A stretch of 63,383 nt of DNA, filler included, from Trichosphaerium sp. ATCC 40318 (taxonomy: Eukaryota > Protista > Tubulinea), in assembly GCA_038496445.1 (NCBI GenBank). It is 4 parts of 4 records of this genome, joined end to end, with 100 filler letters (N's around TTAATTAATTAA, not from the genome) between each part and the next. Parts side by side here need not be neighbours in the genome. Positions count along the whole stretch, not along the records: positions 24,314 to 47,328 come from JALMLS010000069.1; 3 more parts are not named here. One strand, 5' to 3'. The notes under the pieces were generated by a model. That model searched no databases. It saw nothing but the letters and a program-made list of their open reading frames with translations, and had not been told where the DNA came from. Positions 24,314 through 36,791 of this stretch are shown one piece after another. The stretch's first letter is position 1, and each line of letters opens with the position of its first letter. A program made the position numbers and the translations under genes.

Positions 24314-27300
24314 TGATTAAGAAAAATCGACATGAAACATTTCTCAAAAAAAAAAGAAGCAAAAAAGATGTTTTACCTTGCTTTGAGCTACTGCTGAAAC
24401 TGGCTTTATCGTATCATTGAATAAACATTCTAAATCTGTTTCTGGGAACTTCTCATCTATTTCTTGATCTTGCTCGTTGAGTATTACTTTCGCCATTGAA
24501 CAAAGGAACACAACCTGTAAAGTGGCATGAGCTTTATATTTTCAATGAAACCAAAGGTTTTCTCAACTTACCCTTTCTTGAACTTCCAATTCTGGCGACC
24601 TACGAAACCCATTAAGAATAATTAACAAAAATAAAAATAAAAAAACATACTCTACTAGATGTGATAAAGCTTTCATAATGTGCTCAGCAAGTGGTTTTAC
24701 TTTAAGGATGCCTTTCGATAACACTTTCAAAACAGCCTAAAAAAAAATTAGGAAAACCACATTTTCTACGAGTAACGAGTTGCTCCACTTCTAATTCTAG
24801 TGATAGTGATAGTGAACCTTCCTAACATACATGTACTATAAGTTCTTGTATGTCTGTGTCAACATTGTTTATATCATCTAAGAAGCTTGCCATAACTTTT
24901 TCAGGCTCTGTCAGTAAACTAAGCATCCGTCAGCTGTGTTAAAAAGCTAGCAAACAAAAAACACCGAAATACTGTTCTCGTACGTAGCATATTCGCCTGA
25001 TATCCATGTCGCAGCACCGTGTAGGTATCTTCGTGTATTAAAACTTCTCTCTTTTAACAAGAGACCCTCCTACAAGATTATAAGCAAACAAGAAACAAAC
25101 CAAAGTTGCCTTACCATTTTTACAACAACAAACTGCTGCACTGCTTCAACACGTACAGTAATATCAACTAAACACTTTTTAATCTCTTCCAGATGCTCTC
25201 CATATCTACAATGATAAGTTCTTTGGAACCATATTTTAAAAGAGTGAGCACTTACGCTGCAAGAGCAATGAGAACACCGCAATACCACGCAAAATCAGTT
25301 ACATTTTTATAAAGATTGTTTGAGCACATATCAAGTATAGTAGCTATTATACGATCGCTTGAAACGCCTTTAGGTCATATGTGTTAGTAAATAGTTTTAA
25401 ATAAGGATATTTAACGTACTTGTTGTGAACTCAAGATGTGTCATGAGAAGCTTAACGATCTCTGAAAGATTTTTAGGAGTTACCTACAAAGAAGAAATAG
25501 TCAGTGACTTGGTGTAACAATTATAGCGTACTATCTTCGATAGAACTTTAATAGCATTACTACTAATTGATGCATCTGCATGTGTTACCTAAAAAAGGCA
25601 ATCTTAGATGAGAACGAAAGACACATGTAACAAAAGAAAAGAAAAAAAGTACGAACGTATTGTACTACTTTGTCCTTATTCTTTTTTACAAATGTTGGGT
25701 ATTTATCTACAAATGCTGCCATTGCGCGCATGCCAAGGTATTTATCTTAAATAAATATGAGCAATCATATTGGTATAAGGTGTTTCAAAAAATGAAGACA
25801 AAAGAACAAAGTACTGACAAAAAGACAAGGCATGGTGATCAAGTTAGTTTGACGTACGGTATAGGTGAGGTGAGTCTATAAAATCTAGCATTTTACTAAT
25901 TACAGCACGTATAACTTCAACATTTTTTGTATTAGAAACAATCAGAGCCATCAAACACTCATAAGCAAGCATATCAGAGCCTAAACAGAAAAGAAGTTAA
26001 ACCAAATATTCGGTTCTAGATTAACTTTGCAGTAGGTGACTTACTTTCTGATTGTACCATTTCTTTAAGCTTCCCAACTACCTTCGTTGAGAGTCTTGGT
26101 TCTTTAACAAGAAATAATTGAAACTATCAAGACAGTGAGCAATAACTTGAAATTGATACATATCTTGTTAAAAAATCTAAATAAAATCATGTGTACCAAA
26201 CGAACTATCTTTGCACGCAAATACATGTTTCCATACTGCTCAGACATACCTTAAAAATATTTAAAATAGGATTCATTCGAGTGGTCATCAACAGAATGTA
26301 GGAAAGTACTTAAAGATAAAATTGATGTTCTATGGTCCGTACGTTTAAATAAGGTTGGCACAACAGGCAAATAATTTCCAGGATTATGTCTTGCCAACTC
26401 CACTATGACATGTAAACTGGCATCTCTAACACCTTAGGTATGTTAGTGTTGTAACAGAAAAAAATCACGTGATATAAAGAATAAAAGGGAATCTACCTGG
26501 ATCTTGATCAGCGAAGCAGTCTTTCAATTTTAGAAATGTTGGCCTGACAGCAGCTGGGAATTGTACAAATATATTGAATGTTGCTAGTATAGCACGCCTC
26601 CTCAAGTAAGGTGGTGCTTGACTTGTCATCAACTTAACTGGAACAACGTAAATGATAAACCGACGAATTTTGTAAAAATGTCGTACCAACATCAGGTGCA
26701 GTATTACGCGCCATGTCGGTATCCATTATTTGTGACAAGCACCTAAACCTTATAAACACAATGTAGACTTCATTTCATAAAAAGAAAGGTACCCTATGGC
26801 ATTTGCACTAACATACAAGGTGTCTTTGTTGTACACCAAATCCTAATAAAATCAATAAAAAATACCAAGGAGCAGGTTTTTCTTCGGTACAATGATCAAC
26901 ACGTGCCTGCTTTATTTGATTGGTAGATAATACACGAACAGTATCATCTGATGAGAACGTCTGTGCTGCAACCATGTATCCACCACGCTTTTGTGGTAAC
27001 GACTTGCTTGCCAATACTTCAACGGCGCCAAAAGCGGCGAAATCAACATTATAACCAAGCATGTGGAACTGCGGAAAAATAAGAACTTCAACTGACAAGA
27101 TTTTGTTTTCTTATTGTTGCATTGAATGTAATAGATACAACCAAATAGTTTTTGAGTCCAGACAAGCAGTAGGAAAGTTCCAAAAACAAAAAAATGTTTG
27201 TTTTGATTGTTTTCGCGTGTACGTACATAGAATGCCTTCATTATAGCGTCGTGTTTCATTCGCGGGTCTGTCGATTTAACCTCGTTTTTAATTATCTGTA

Positions 27301-27625
27301 ATTGACGCGCCACGTATGTTTTTGGGTCCTTTGTGTTACGCATTCCGCGTATAACGTCAATTAATGATGCTTGTGACAATTGCATAATGAATTGTGAAGC
27401 TTTCGCTGCTGTGTCATCTATGAAGCCTGTAATCGCATTTGAAGGTTTTGATGGTTTTGAATCTTTCACGTTTGGTGATGTGGCTTTTGAGTTATAATCA
27501 CCAACTGAGACGCTTCTATTAGCGAATTTAGGTATTTGTGGCTTATCCACATTTGTGTAGCGCGAGCGTCGGTTTAAAATCCGCGAAAAGAACGAAAACT
27601 TGCTGCCACCACTGTTATTATTCAT
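24314..27625 (-). CDS. AP3D1: AP-3 complex subunit delta, 3'-truncated by the contig end
   Basis: SLIDVIRGMR, HMLGYNVDFAAFGAVEVLAS, KRGGYMVAAQTF, VELARHNPGNYL, DITVRV and ATWISGEY match the delta-adaptin N-terminal trunk. Confidence 0.92.
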
Positions 27626-27819
27626 ATGGTATCGTTTGTAAGATGTTTGCTCATTACTTTTCAAGTGACACTAAATCAAAAAAAAATTCTTGAAAAGTCT
27701 TGGTCAAATTCTGAATTCTTCAATTTCGACGTTTTGTCAAATGACAAATCAATATTAAGGTATTTTTCAATTACATTAACATGTCTGTATTATATATTGC
27801 TATGAGGTTTGATATTACA

Positions 27820-29422
27820 TTAAAATTCCTTCCAACAACAATCTACGACAGCAATTTTTTGAAGCCTAAAGAGTTTGTTATTAATAACCCATTTTATGTC
27901 CTAGTCATTATGCTTACCTTCTTTTTGTGCGTTTGTAAGGGTCTTCGGAAACTTCACTTTAAAGGTGATAACTAAATCACCGAAATCTGTATGCTCAAAT
28001 ACAGGCATACCTTCACCCTAAATCAAAGTGTCAAGATAAAAATAAAATAATTTATGTATGATAAGAATTACCTTTAGAGTGAGAACATAACCTGGTTTGG
28101 TTACTTCTGTGCGTTTTACTTTTACTGAGCGACCTGCCAAATGAGGAATATCTTTTTCAAAGCCAACAAGCGCCTTTAAATAGTTAGAAGACTGCGAAAA
28201 AATACAAAAAGAAGACTGAAGAACATTAGTGTCTGTGCCTACCTGTAGTAGAGAAATAGTCATTGTAAGCTCCAAATTATCTCCCTCACGCTTATATCTG
28301 CGATGTGGGATAAGAATAAGCCTAAAGGCCAAAGTGCCAGGTAGATATCCTTTCTTTTCATCAGCATCTCCTTCATAAGTCTAAAAATCATATGTCAGAC
28401 TTACAAATGTTGTACGCGATCATCAACTGCGTAATTAACAAATCCACAAAGCTATTTATTCTCGAAAAAAGAGCTAATTTAAAAAGACTCGTGACATATC
28501 TCAGAAAACAGATTTCGACTTTTTAAAAGACAACTAAAAATTCAAAAAAAAAACTTCAGTCATTTTTTCACGTACAATCAAATCTCCAGCGTTCTTTCCA
28601 CGCTCAACAAAGGCAGTAACAGTTTCTTCAACACCATCACATTTTGGAGTACCACAGTTTCTTGGTTTGGAGCGTAATACCTTCATCATACTTCATTTAG
28701 CGCTTCAACAATAATTTCTTTTTTTGTTCTTACCTCAACTTTCCTTCCCAAGTATAAATCCTCTAGTGTTACCTCTAAAGATAGAATTTGATCATCACTC
28801 TTACGCATTCCGCGATTGCCACCACCAAAGTTAACTTTGAAACCCATACTAGAGAACATTTAGTTTTTTAAGTGTTATTACAGTGTAAATACTTTTCGAA
28901 TACTGTCTCAAAGCCTCCGAAGCCTCTATTACGATTGCCTCCATTCTTTAAACCTTCTTTTCCGTACTGTGCGTAAATTTGGCGTTTTTCTTTATCAGAT
29001 AGCACAGTGTACGCTATATAAATTAGAAAAGAGCCAGTACGGCGTTTATAAAAGGTTTTTAATTTTTGGTGACGTGTATAATACGCCGTTTGAGGTACGA
29101 GCTATTGAGCAAGTATTATGGCGATAGGAGCGTAAACTAGCTCAATTGATACTTTGATGGCGTGCCTTCTGTTATTTCTTGAAACTTCTCTTGGTTACCG
29201 GTTGGCTAATGATGTGAGCGTTGTGTTACGCAAAAGGCGCCGTACTCTATCAGGGTGATGTATTTTACTCAGTTTGCGGTACGCCTTTTTTATCTCGTTT
29301 GCTGTGGCAGAGCGTGATACTCCAAGTACTTTAAAATAGTCATCCTCAGCACTTGCAACGTTTACAAAGAGTACAACTAGCACTAAAGATAGCACCGCGA
29401 GTACTTGAGCGTTCAATGACAT
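27820..29422 (-). CDS. ER-luminal DnaJ/Hsp40 (ERdj3/DNAJB11-like)
   Basis: Signal peptide, J-domain with HPD, G/F-rich linker and DnaJ_C motifs ([29 protein letters not shown]). Confidence 0.9.
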
Positions 29423-29571
29423 GCTTTAGCGAATATACACGCTTATCTCAGTAGTGGCTTACAGAAATTTCAGCCAAGGTCAAACAAATCTACAAACACA
29501 ACACAACGGGTAAACACCATCACTAATTGGTATTTTGATATGTTTCGGTGGTTTTTACGCTCAAATAGCCA

Positions 29572-30300
29572 ATGGATCATGAGGAAGTTGCAAACGCGGC
29601 AAATCAACTAGAAAACGCACAATTGAATCAACGAGTAGCACCTGGTGCTACTAACAAGGCATACTCACGCACTGTGGAAACACTCACAAGCAAATACATG
29701 CACGAACTGGCTAAATTCGACCAGGAGCGACATGAATGCGACAATAGAATAGATAAGAAGCGACAGGCACGTTCGGAAGCAAGTTAGTGTAGCGGCAACC
29801 TTCTGCTTTCTTGCGTGCCGAAAGGGCCGCGTATAGAGCAAGTTGAAGATGAAAGCACGCTTTCTTTTATTTTTGATCAATTGCACTCACGGCAACCTTC
29901 TGCTTTCTCGCGTGCCGGAAGGGCCGCGTATAGAGCAAGTCGAAGATGAAAGTGGTTGCAGTTATCGAATATGCGGTCTTTCTTACAATGTGGTGTTTTA
30001 CAAACACTAACGCGTGCTAGGCTGCCACAGAGCGAATGATAAAGGAATTAATAGTAGAAGCAGACAAAGCAAGGCCTTAAACGAAAATATGACGAAGTTG
30101 TCAGAGAAAAGGACAGAGCAATACGAGAGAAGGATAATGCGATAAGAGAGAAGGAAGAGCTTGCAGAAGAAGTCAAAGACCTAAAAAGATTTAAGAAAAC
30201 TGTTTGTGAAATGTTTGGAGAGGTAGAGGCGGCTGTAAAGCGTACAGGAGCTATTATTAAGGAAGCTGATGAGCCTGAAGTATTGCTTCTACAAGTGTAA
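29572..30300 (+). CDS. Small coiled-coil protein, two exons, apparently frameshifted
   Basis: Exon 29572-29781, long intron to 30020, then REKD/REKE heptad-like sequence to TAA at 30300; the frames do not join cleanly. Confidence 0.45.
29793..29952 (+). repeat. Two 63-bp GC-rich direct repeats inside an intron
   Basis: 29793-29855 and 29890-29952 differ at 3 positions. Confidence 0.95.
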
Positions 30301-30501
30301 TATGAAGAATAAAATGGATTATGATCAGGTTCTGTGTTACCTACGACTCCATACAGACGCGCTTACTACTCTGGAAGATCATCTAGTAGCAACAAATTAT
30401 AGAGCTTTTAGTTCACTGAGTGATTCTCTGAATTGTTAAGTACCGTTTGCTTGCACGTGCTTTCAATAGTTCTGTCAAATAATTAGCTTTTATTTGCCTT
30501 T

Positions 30502-31920
30502 TTATTTACCTTTCGCGTTAACAAATGTTTCTACAACTTTACCACCTTCCATGTTACAATGAACGCTCAATTTACCCTGTGAGTCCCACTGCTTTACTTC
30601 GCCTTCTATACAGCCTTTCTTATAACAGCATTCAACACTGGGTTGACCATTTTCGTGCCATTCTTTGTAGTCACCTTCTTCAACGCCATTGACACAGTAA
30701 CAACTCACAAGCAATTGTCCGTTACTATACCACTCCTTGAACTCGCCTTCTACAACTCCTTTTTCATAATGGCGTAACCTGAGCTTTGTGCCATTGTCAT
30801 GCCATTCAGTACACGGCCCTTGTTTCTTACCTTCAGCCATAGTAAATTGTTGTTTTATCTGACCATTTTCAAACCATACTTTACTCTCGCCTTCAGCAAC
30901 ACCTCCTCTTAAGTGACTCATCGCTAATAGTTTACCACTAGGATACCATTGAGAGTATACACCATCCTCAACGCCGTTTTTGTAAGTACACTCAACATCT
31001 TGGGTGCCATCAGGAAGAAAGCGTCTGTACAAGCCTTCCTTAACACCTTTTACCATTTCGTATTGGTGTTTTACTCCATCTTGCCATGTGTTATAAACAC
31101 CATCCTCTAGTCCGTCCTTGTATTCACATTCAAGCTGTAGAGTACCTCGTTCATCCCATTGTTGAAGAGTACCTTCTTTCTTACCATTCTTAAAGAAACA
31201 ATGAATGTGAAGCTTCCCATTGTTATGCCATTCTTTACATTCACCTTCTTCCTTACTTTCTATTAAAGTACCTTGCCTTTGCTTTACGCCATTGTTGTGC
31301 CACAAGGTATAATTATCGCCATTACTAGTATGTTCAATCTCAATCTTTATACGGCCATCACTAAACCACTCTTTTTCTACACCTACAATGTTGCCTTCTT
31401 GTAGTTTCGCTGAATAGCTAAACGTTCGTTTTCATGCCATTCCAAGTACTCACCTTCTTTAACACCTTTCCTCATTTCACACTTTGTCTTTAATACCCCA
31501 TTCTCGAACCACTCCTCAACACAACCTTCCTTCTCGCCATTCTTCATGTCACACTTCAATCGGATATTGCCATTACTATGCCATACGACATATTCTCCAT
31601 TCAAGATACCTTCTTTGAAAAAACACTGAACTTTTAATCTATCTTCATTCTCAAACCACTCTTTGTATCTACCATCAAGCTTATTGTTTTTATAATAACT
31701 ATGATATAATAGGCTACCATTATCACGCCATGTCATATGTCTACCTTCAAGTTTATCGTCTCTGTATTCACAAACATAACGAAGTTTACCATTCTCATGC
31801 CATTCCTTATATTCACCTTGTTTCATTTCACCTTCAAGAACATACTGAAATTTATCTGACCACTTTCATATCTAGCCTAATTTTTTTTGAAGACCAGTCA
31901 GTACTTGATTGCGTGACATA
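30502..31920 (-). pseudogene. Intronless MORN-variant (YwqK-like) repeat protein with 1-bp frameshifts
   Basis: About 24-aa repeats G-x-Y-KEWHENG; a single missing base near 31400 would join 31383-31826 to 30502-31305; another shift near 31850. Confidence 0.8.
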
Positions 31921-32392
31921 TGAAACAATAAGTTCGCAAAGTGTCAACTATCAAATCACTATTTTGATTATCTAGATAAAATTGACACGTTGTTTTTCGG
32001 TGATAACAGCGCACCACGTTTTTTAACCATGAATTACGTACCTCCATCAGTTTTCGACGGCTTTTTATCGTATAATATCGTAATGTAGGTTTAATAGCTG
32101 ATTTTTAGCTGTCCAGCGCGTAGATGATAAGAAAGAGCGTCGTTGTGCTGCTAAAGGCGTTTGTTAATGCAAAAATTATGTAGTTTGTAGTTCGAACTTT
32201 TATGAGCTCCTTCGCGTATTTACTAGCGTATTAAAACGACGAGGGACATATTTCGATGTGGTATGATTCGACGACACTAATTTCACTCGCAGTATATTTA
32301 CGAACGCTCCTACAATAATGAATATGTCAAAACTACGTTTGCCGTACTTCGTAACATGAGTGAGTAAACTATGCGTTTCAATATCAGTCAAA

Positions 32393-32498
32393 GTCAGTTG
32401 TATCTCATATTTTTCTTGAGTTTTTTGTTGAAGTATTGGCAAGCAAGTCGTTACCAAAGCGTGGGGCTTTGCTGAAGACGTTCTCCAGATAATACTGT
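32393..32498 (+). pseudogene. Decayed inverted copy of an AP-3 delta intron/exon segment
   Basis: 32427-32456 is the exact reverse complement of 26994-27023; gapped similarity extends on both sides. Confidence 0.8.
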
Positions 32499-32591
32499 TG
32501 GGCCATTAATTTTATTCGGAAGCACAGTAGTGCTCCTTGAGATCATGTTTGTTTAGCACTAGCAGTTTAATGACATTACAATTCTTATTGT

Positions 32592-33902
32592 TTATGCTTT
32601 GTCTAGTGCTTGTTCTGCCTCAAGGTCTTTCTTTGCTTCAGCCTTTCGTAGGCGCTCAATCCTTCGCGCTTTAGATTTTTGCACATTCTGTATGCGAACC
32701 CTAGCATAGGCTTCTTCATTAAACTGCTTTCTTGTTTTTCCAGACTTGGAACACATATATCTTTTCATAGGATCACTATCGGAGCACACAATAAGATAAA
32801 AGTATTCGGCGAAATACTTGTCATACTCAGCCACGGCTTTGTGAATAAACTCTGGATAAGCCACAATATGACGCCATTCCTTTTCCGCTCTCTCAATTTC
32901 ATTGCTTTTGCTTGCTGTTGTGTTCTCTTGCAAAGTACGCTTGGTGAAAAAGCGTTTGGTGACTGTAAATTTACCAAAAAAAGCATCAATATGCTTTTTT
33001 GTTAGCGTAGGGGTGTCAAGACAAAATAAAAGCTTGGTGGCAAGTCGCTCGAGGCTTGCAAACTTATGCTCAATTTGTCTTTTGTGCTTCAAAAGAGCAA
33101 TACGCCATATACATGTCTCTTGTAAGAATTTGACAAGAGCTTGATCTTTAGGTTCAATGCTCTCAACGGTAACTGCTGGGTACCGTTGCTTCAATGCAGT
33201 ATCAAAATAATAGCAGTACTCAACTGATACGAGCCTCATTGCAAGAATATTATGTTCTGGAGTGATTTGTTTTGGTTTACCCTTATCATGATATCCTTTT
33301 AGCACCTCAATACTTTCGAATAGGAATTTACTTATTTCTACCCACATATCTAGAGGCAAATCAGGACGTACTGCCCTACAAAAGTGTAAGTTTCTATCAG
33401 AGAAAAAAGAAGAAATAAGCGTACCATATTTCTTCCATGTCTTTTTGTTCTGTTGCTTCTTTTTTGGGCAGTTCTAGAGTACAACTACTCTCGTCACTTT
33501 CGTCCTTGGATAATTCCTGGGTACAACTACTTTCGTCACTTTCCTCTTTGTTGATCTCTGTGTCTTGATCTTCTTCAGCGCTATTAGACACATCTTCTTC
33601 TTTTTCTGTCTTTGTCTGGCCCTGCATATCATGATAGATGGTTTGTAATCTTGACGTTGTCCAGTACTTTGTAAGTTGCTTATCGTGTTTGAGCAAAGCG
33701 GCGATAACTACTCTTTTTGTACAAAGTTCAAGCGTGAATCCTTTTTGAGCAACGAAAGCTTGTATCTCTAGTAACATTTCGTAGATGCACTCCCAAGTCG
33801 CGTAAGGGACTAGACGAAGAATTTGCAGCAAAAGTTCGGTGTTTTGTGTCAACGAAGACGACTTTTCTCCAACTTTTCAGCTGGCAAAGAGTCTACTGCC
33901 AT
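32592..33902 (-). CDS. Two-exon protein with acidic linker and F-box-like motif; start uncertain
   Basis: PDLPLDMWVEISKFL...ILAMRLVS; intron about 33377-33424; the ATG at 33902 is out of frame with the main ORF. Confidence 0.6.
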
Positions 33903-34208
33903 TAAATACCATACCCCAGCATTTCTACCAGTACACTAAGTGCAAAATCAAATGACACATGAATACACTTGCGCTGCGTAGAGAACCATATTGGCGGCTT
34001 TGAAAACCGTTTTAAGGCGCCAACAAATGTATTCCTTGAAACAGCTCAAGTAAACCGCGTATTGTGGTTTATAGGTAAAGACAAACCAAGTTAAAAACAC
34101 TTTTAAACTGCAGCAACGAATAAGTGTATTTCACAAACCACAATTTTTTTTTGTTTTACTTTAAATTCTTTTTAATGTGCGCGCTTCTCACTTGTTTTAA
34201 CCCGAAGC

Positions 34209-34297
34209 TGTGAAGTTGCGGCCATGTGACCTCTCCCAGTTTTACAGAACCCATATGCTTGCTACAAAGCTTTCGTCTAGTTAGCGAAGGTTTTGCT
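34209..34297 (-). repeat. Conserved ~90-bp module X, copy A
   Basis: AGCAAAACCTTCGCT...GCTYTGTAGCAAGCRTA...TCTGT...GGTCACA...ACTTCRCA shared by four copies. Confidence 0.85.
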
Positions 34298-34504
34298 GAT
34301 TTCACATCAGAACACTTTTTTACATTAATAGTTAATGGCGCATTTGGATAAAAAATAGCCTTTTATAGTCAAAGTTGAATAAGTAGCACTCAATGCATAG
34401 TCATCAATTTCATCGTTTTGCTTTGACGATCAACTAGACTTCTCTGCATTATTCATTAACACGCCCTTAAACTCACCTTAGAGGTTAAGTAAAGCATTAA
34501 AAAA

Positions 34505-34703
34505 AGTGACTACGACTCTAGCGGGTAGTGCTGTGCTAGGATAATCACTGTATGGGAACTGACATTGCAAGCAATATCAAATCACCATTAGTTTTCCAAA
34601 TAATGGGGTTAAAGACAAAGTGACACGTGGTCACTTGCATGGGGTTTAACCCAAGCTGAACTTTTACTACACATGATCAAAGCCATTAGGCCGAGAAACA
34701 CAT
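34505..34703 (-). ncRNA. U2: U2 spliceosomal snRNA, copy 1
   Basis: UUCUCGGCC-UAAU-GGCU stem I, GUGUAGUA branch-recognition sequence, stems IIa/IIb/IIc, Sm site AUUAUUUGG, stem III with GCUUGC, stem IV; 199 nt. Confidence 0.95.
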
Positions 34704-34758
34704 GAGAAGGAAACGTTGACAACCTTTTATAATCATCATTGTGTAGAATTAAAAAAAT

Positions 34759-34766
34759 TGTGGGAT
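34759..34766 (-). promoter_or_regulatory. DUSE-like snRNA upstream element TCCCACAA for U2 copy 1
   Basis: Matches the Dictyostelium upstream sequence element WCCCAYAA about 62-63 nt before the predicted start. Confidence 0.75.
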
Positions 34767-35069
34767 TGTGATCAAAGTGCCAAAGAAACGAAAACGCATC
34801 ATTCACTGAAATTAGCAAACTCATTGCCAAGCACTTGCACATATGAAGTCTTAATTGATGATTTTGCACTTTCTTCTAAATAATGGGTTGTATTGAAATG
34901 GCTTTGTACTTTAAAACGGCCGAAACTGCCTGTACCAAAAAGCTAACAATGTTCTCCTCAAAACAAACTACAATTTTTTATTATCAAGCAATCAATTACT
35001 GCTGTAGTCTTGTTTGCTCTTTAAGTTGTGCAGACCTTGATTACACTTGTGCTTCTGATCACCTTTTTT

Positions 35070-35330
35070 ATTATGCTCTCGTTTGCCCTTTATCTCGAGC
35101 TCTTGTTAATGCTCCCTCAAGCTTCTGTTTGCGCTCTTCCTCAAGCTTTTCTTCAAGCTTTTTTTTGTGTTGTAGAGGTTTTTGCACAAGCTTTCTTTTG
35201 CGAATCTTAGTGTAGCATTCTGCATGTACATAATTGCTTGATCGTTTTACAATGCTGAAACAGTATGAATAGTGATACTTTTATTGTTAGTGTGTATGTG
35301 CGAAACCTTTAATTGTTAATTTAAGTAAGC
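35070..35330 (-). pseudogene. 3' remnant of a gene resembling the C-terminus of the 32592 F-box-like protein; second copy at about 46096-46260 (+)
   Basis: Translates ...AECYTKIRKRKLVQK...EEERKQKLEGALTRA versus EEAYARVRIQNVQK...; DNA similarity to 46096-46260 is clear. Confidence 0.5.
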
Positions 35331-35349
35331 CGCATGTTAGTAACCGTAT

Positions 35350-35440
35350 TGCGAAGTCACGGGACACTGTGACCGCTCCCTCTACAACAGAACCCATACG
35401 ATTGCTACAGAGCACTGGCTGGACCAGCGAAGGTTTTGCT
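35350..35440 (-). repeat. Module X, copy B
   Basis: Nearly identical to 45690-45778 in inverted orientation. Confidence 0.9.
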
Positions 35441-35637
35441 AATTTAGTTTTAAGTTTCGTGAGAAGCGGACTTGCTACTTTTACTAGGTTAGATTGAACT
35501 GCAAAGGACGGCCTTTTATGGGTTCGCAACTGTTTATTGTGGTCTGTTATGCTGTGATAGAAGTTCTAAAGGACTGCCAAAATGACATCTCGGATACAAG
35601 GGAAGGAGGTACCCATAAATCATGTGCGACAGTATTG

Positions 35638-36675
35638 CTAGAGTACATTTTTGTTCTTAACTTTCTTTTCAACAGCTTTTTCTTCAGTGAGCATTTTACG
35701 AATAGTGACAACATCTTTATTCCATTTGTTCATGGCAAACTGTAGCCCTTCATCTACCATATCATCAAGAGCCATTCTAGAATACTCAAGTACATCACTT
35801 ATTTGCTTATGTTCATAACTCGACCTAATTAGTTTTGTGAAAAAACAAACACTTGAACAGATAGCCACGCACCACTTGTCAAGTACGAATGATACCAAAT
35901 CGGCAGATTGCACCGTTGACTTTAAGAGGGTTAATACGTAGATAATAAAATCGATTTTACAGTGCAAAGTAGAAGACAAAGATGAAAACTTACACGTGGT
36001 TGAATGCCTATTTTTAGACGAGGTATTACATCAGTTTTGACATTATTAATTATATTCTCCATGCCATTATGACCTCCACCAGAACCCTTTCTTTTGAATC
36101 TAAGACTACCAAATGGTATTTCAATAGCATCGTATATAATAACGCTATAAAAACCATCTTTTAATACCACTAATAGACTCACAACCAAAACAGAAAAATC
36201 GAAACAAAATGTAAAAACAGTTTTGAAAGTGACAGGAGCTCTGATAGCTTCTATTCAAATGACAGTTTCAGCACGCACGTTTGTTCTAAAGGCGCTTTTG
36301 TGAGCTCAACCAGCCTAGCTACAGCCTCACCACTTAGGTTCATGTAAGTCATTGGTTTTGCCATTATGACAGGCGTATTGCTACGCCCAAACGTTGCAGC
36401 TACAGCTATCAGGACGAATATTACTGCGTTTGCTTACTAGTAGCATCAAATTTAAAATCATGTCTCCTAAACGTCAAATCTTGACGTTTAGCAATATAAT
36501 CTAAACAATCGAAGCCTAAGTTATGCCTAGTGCCGTCAAAGCGCGATCCTGGATTCCCCAAGCCTACAATTAACCAGGGCTGTTTTTCAGCGTCCTCAGC
36601 GTTACTGGTCGCTATGCGGCAGTATTTACGTGTTTTAACGCGGTAGGTTCTAACTGTACGATGTATTCGCAACAT
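35638..36675 (-). CDS. Peptidyl-tRNA hydrolase, bacterial/mitochondrial Pth type
   Basis: LIVGLGNPG, TRHNLGF, KPMTYMNLSG, GSGGGHNGMENI, RLKIGI; Arg-rich presequence. Confidence 0.93.
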
Positions 36676-36791
36676 GTTACTCTATCGCATTCGTTGCGGT
36701 ATTGTGGGTGTTTAGCCAAGCATATATGCTTAAAGAGCTTCAGAAAAGACTTGACTCATCAAACCCACCCACACCACAGCAGGCACACATA

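Noticed and set aside
32592-33902. Fanzor/TnpB-like nuclease with downstream guide
   Set aside because: No RuvC D-E-D motifs or zinc ribbon; the protein looks F-box-like. No Fanzor was recognised anywhere in the window.
34609-34869. Duplicated small ORFs (also 46326-46523)
   Set aside because: They overlap the U2 genes and promoters; the conservation is explained by the RNA.
35341-35356. TAACCGTATTGC resembles a SAM-II riboswitch example
   Set aside because: The remaining pseudoknot consensus is absent and the string is not kept in copies A and C.
35475-35525. U5 loop-1-like strings (ACTTTTACT, GCCTTTTAT; also 34358)
   Set aside because: No convincing long U5 stem or Sm site; better read as upstream motifs on the opposite strand.
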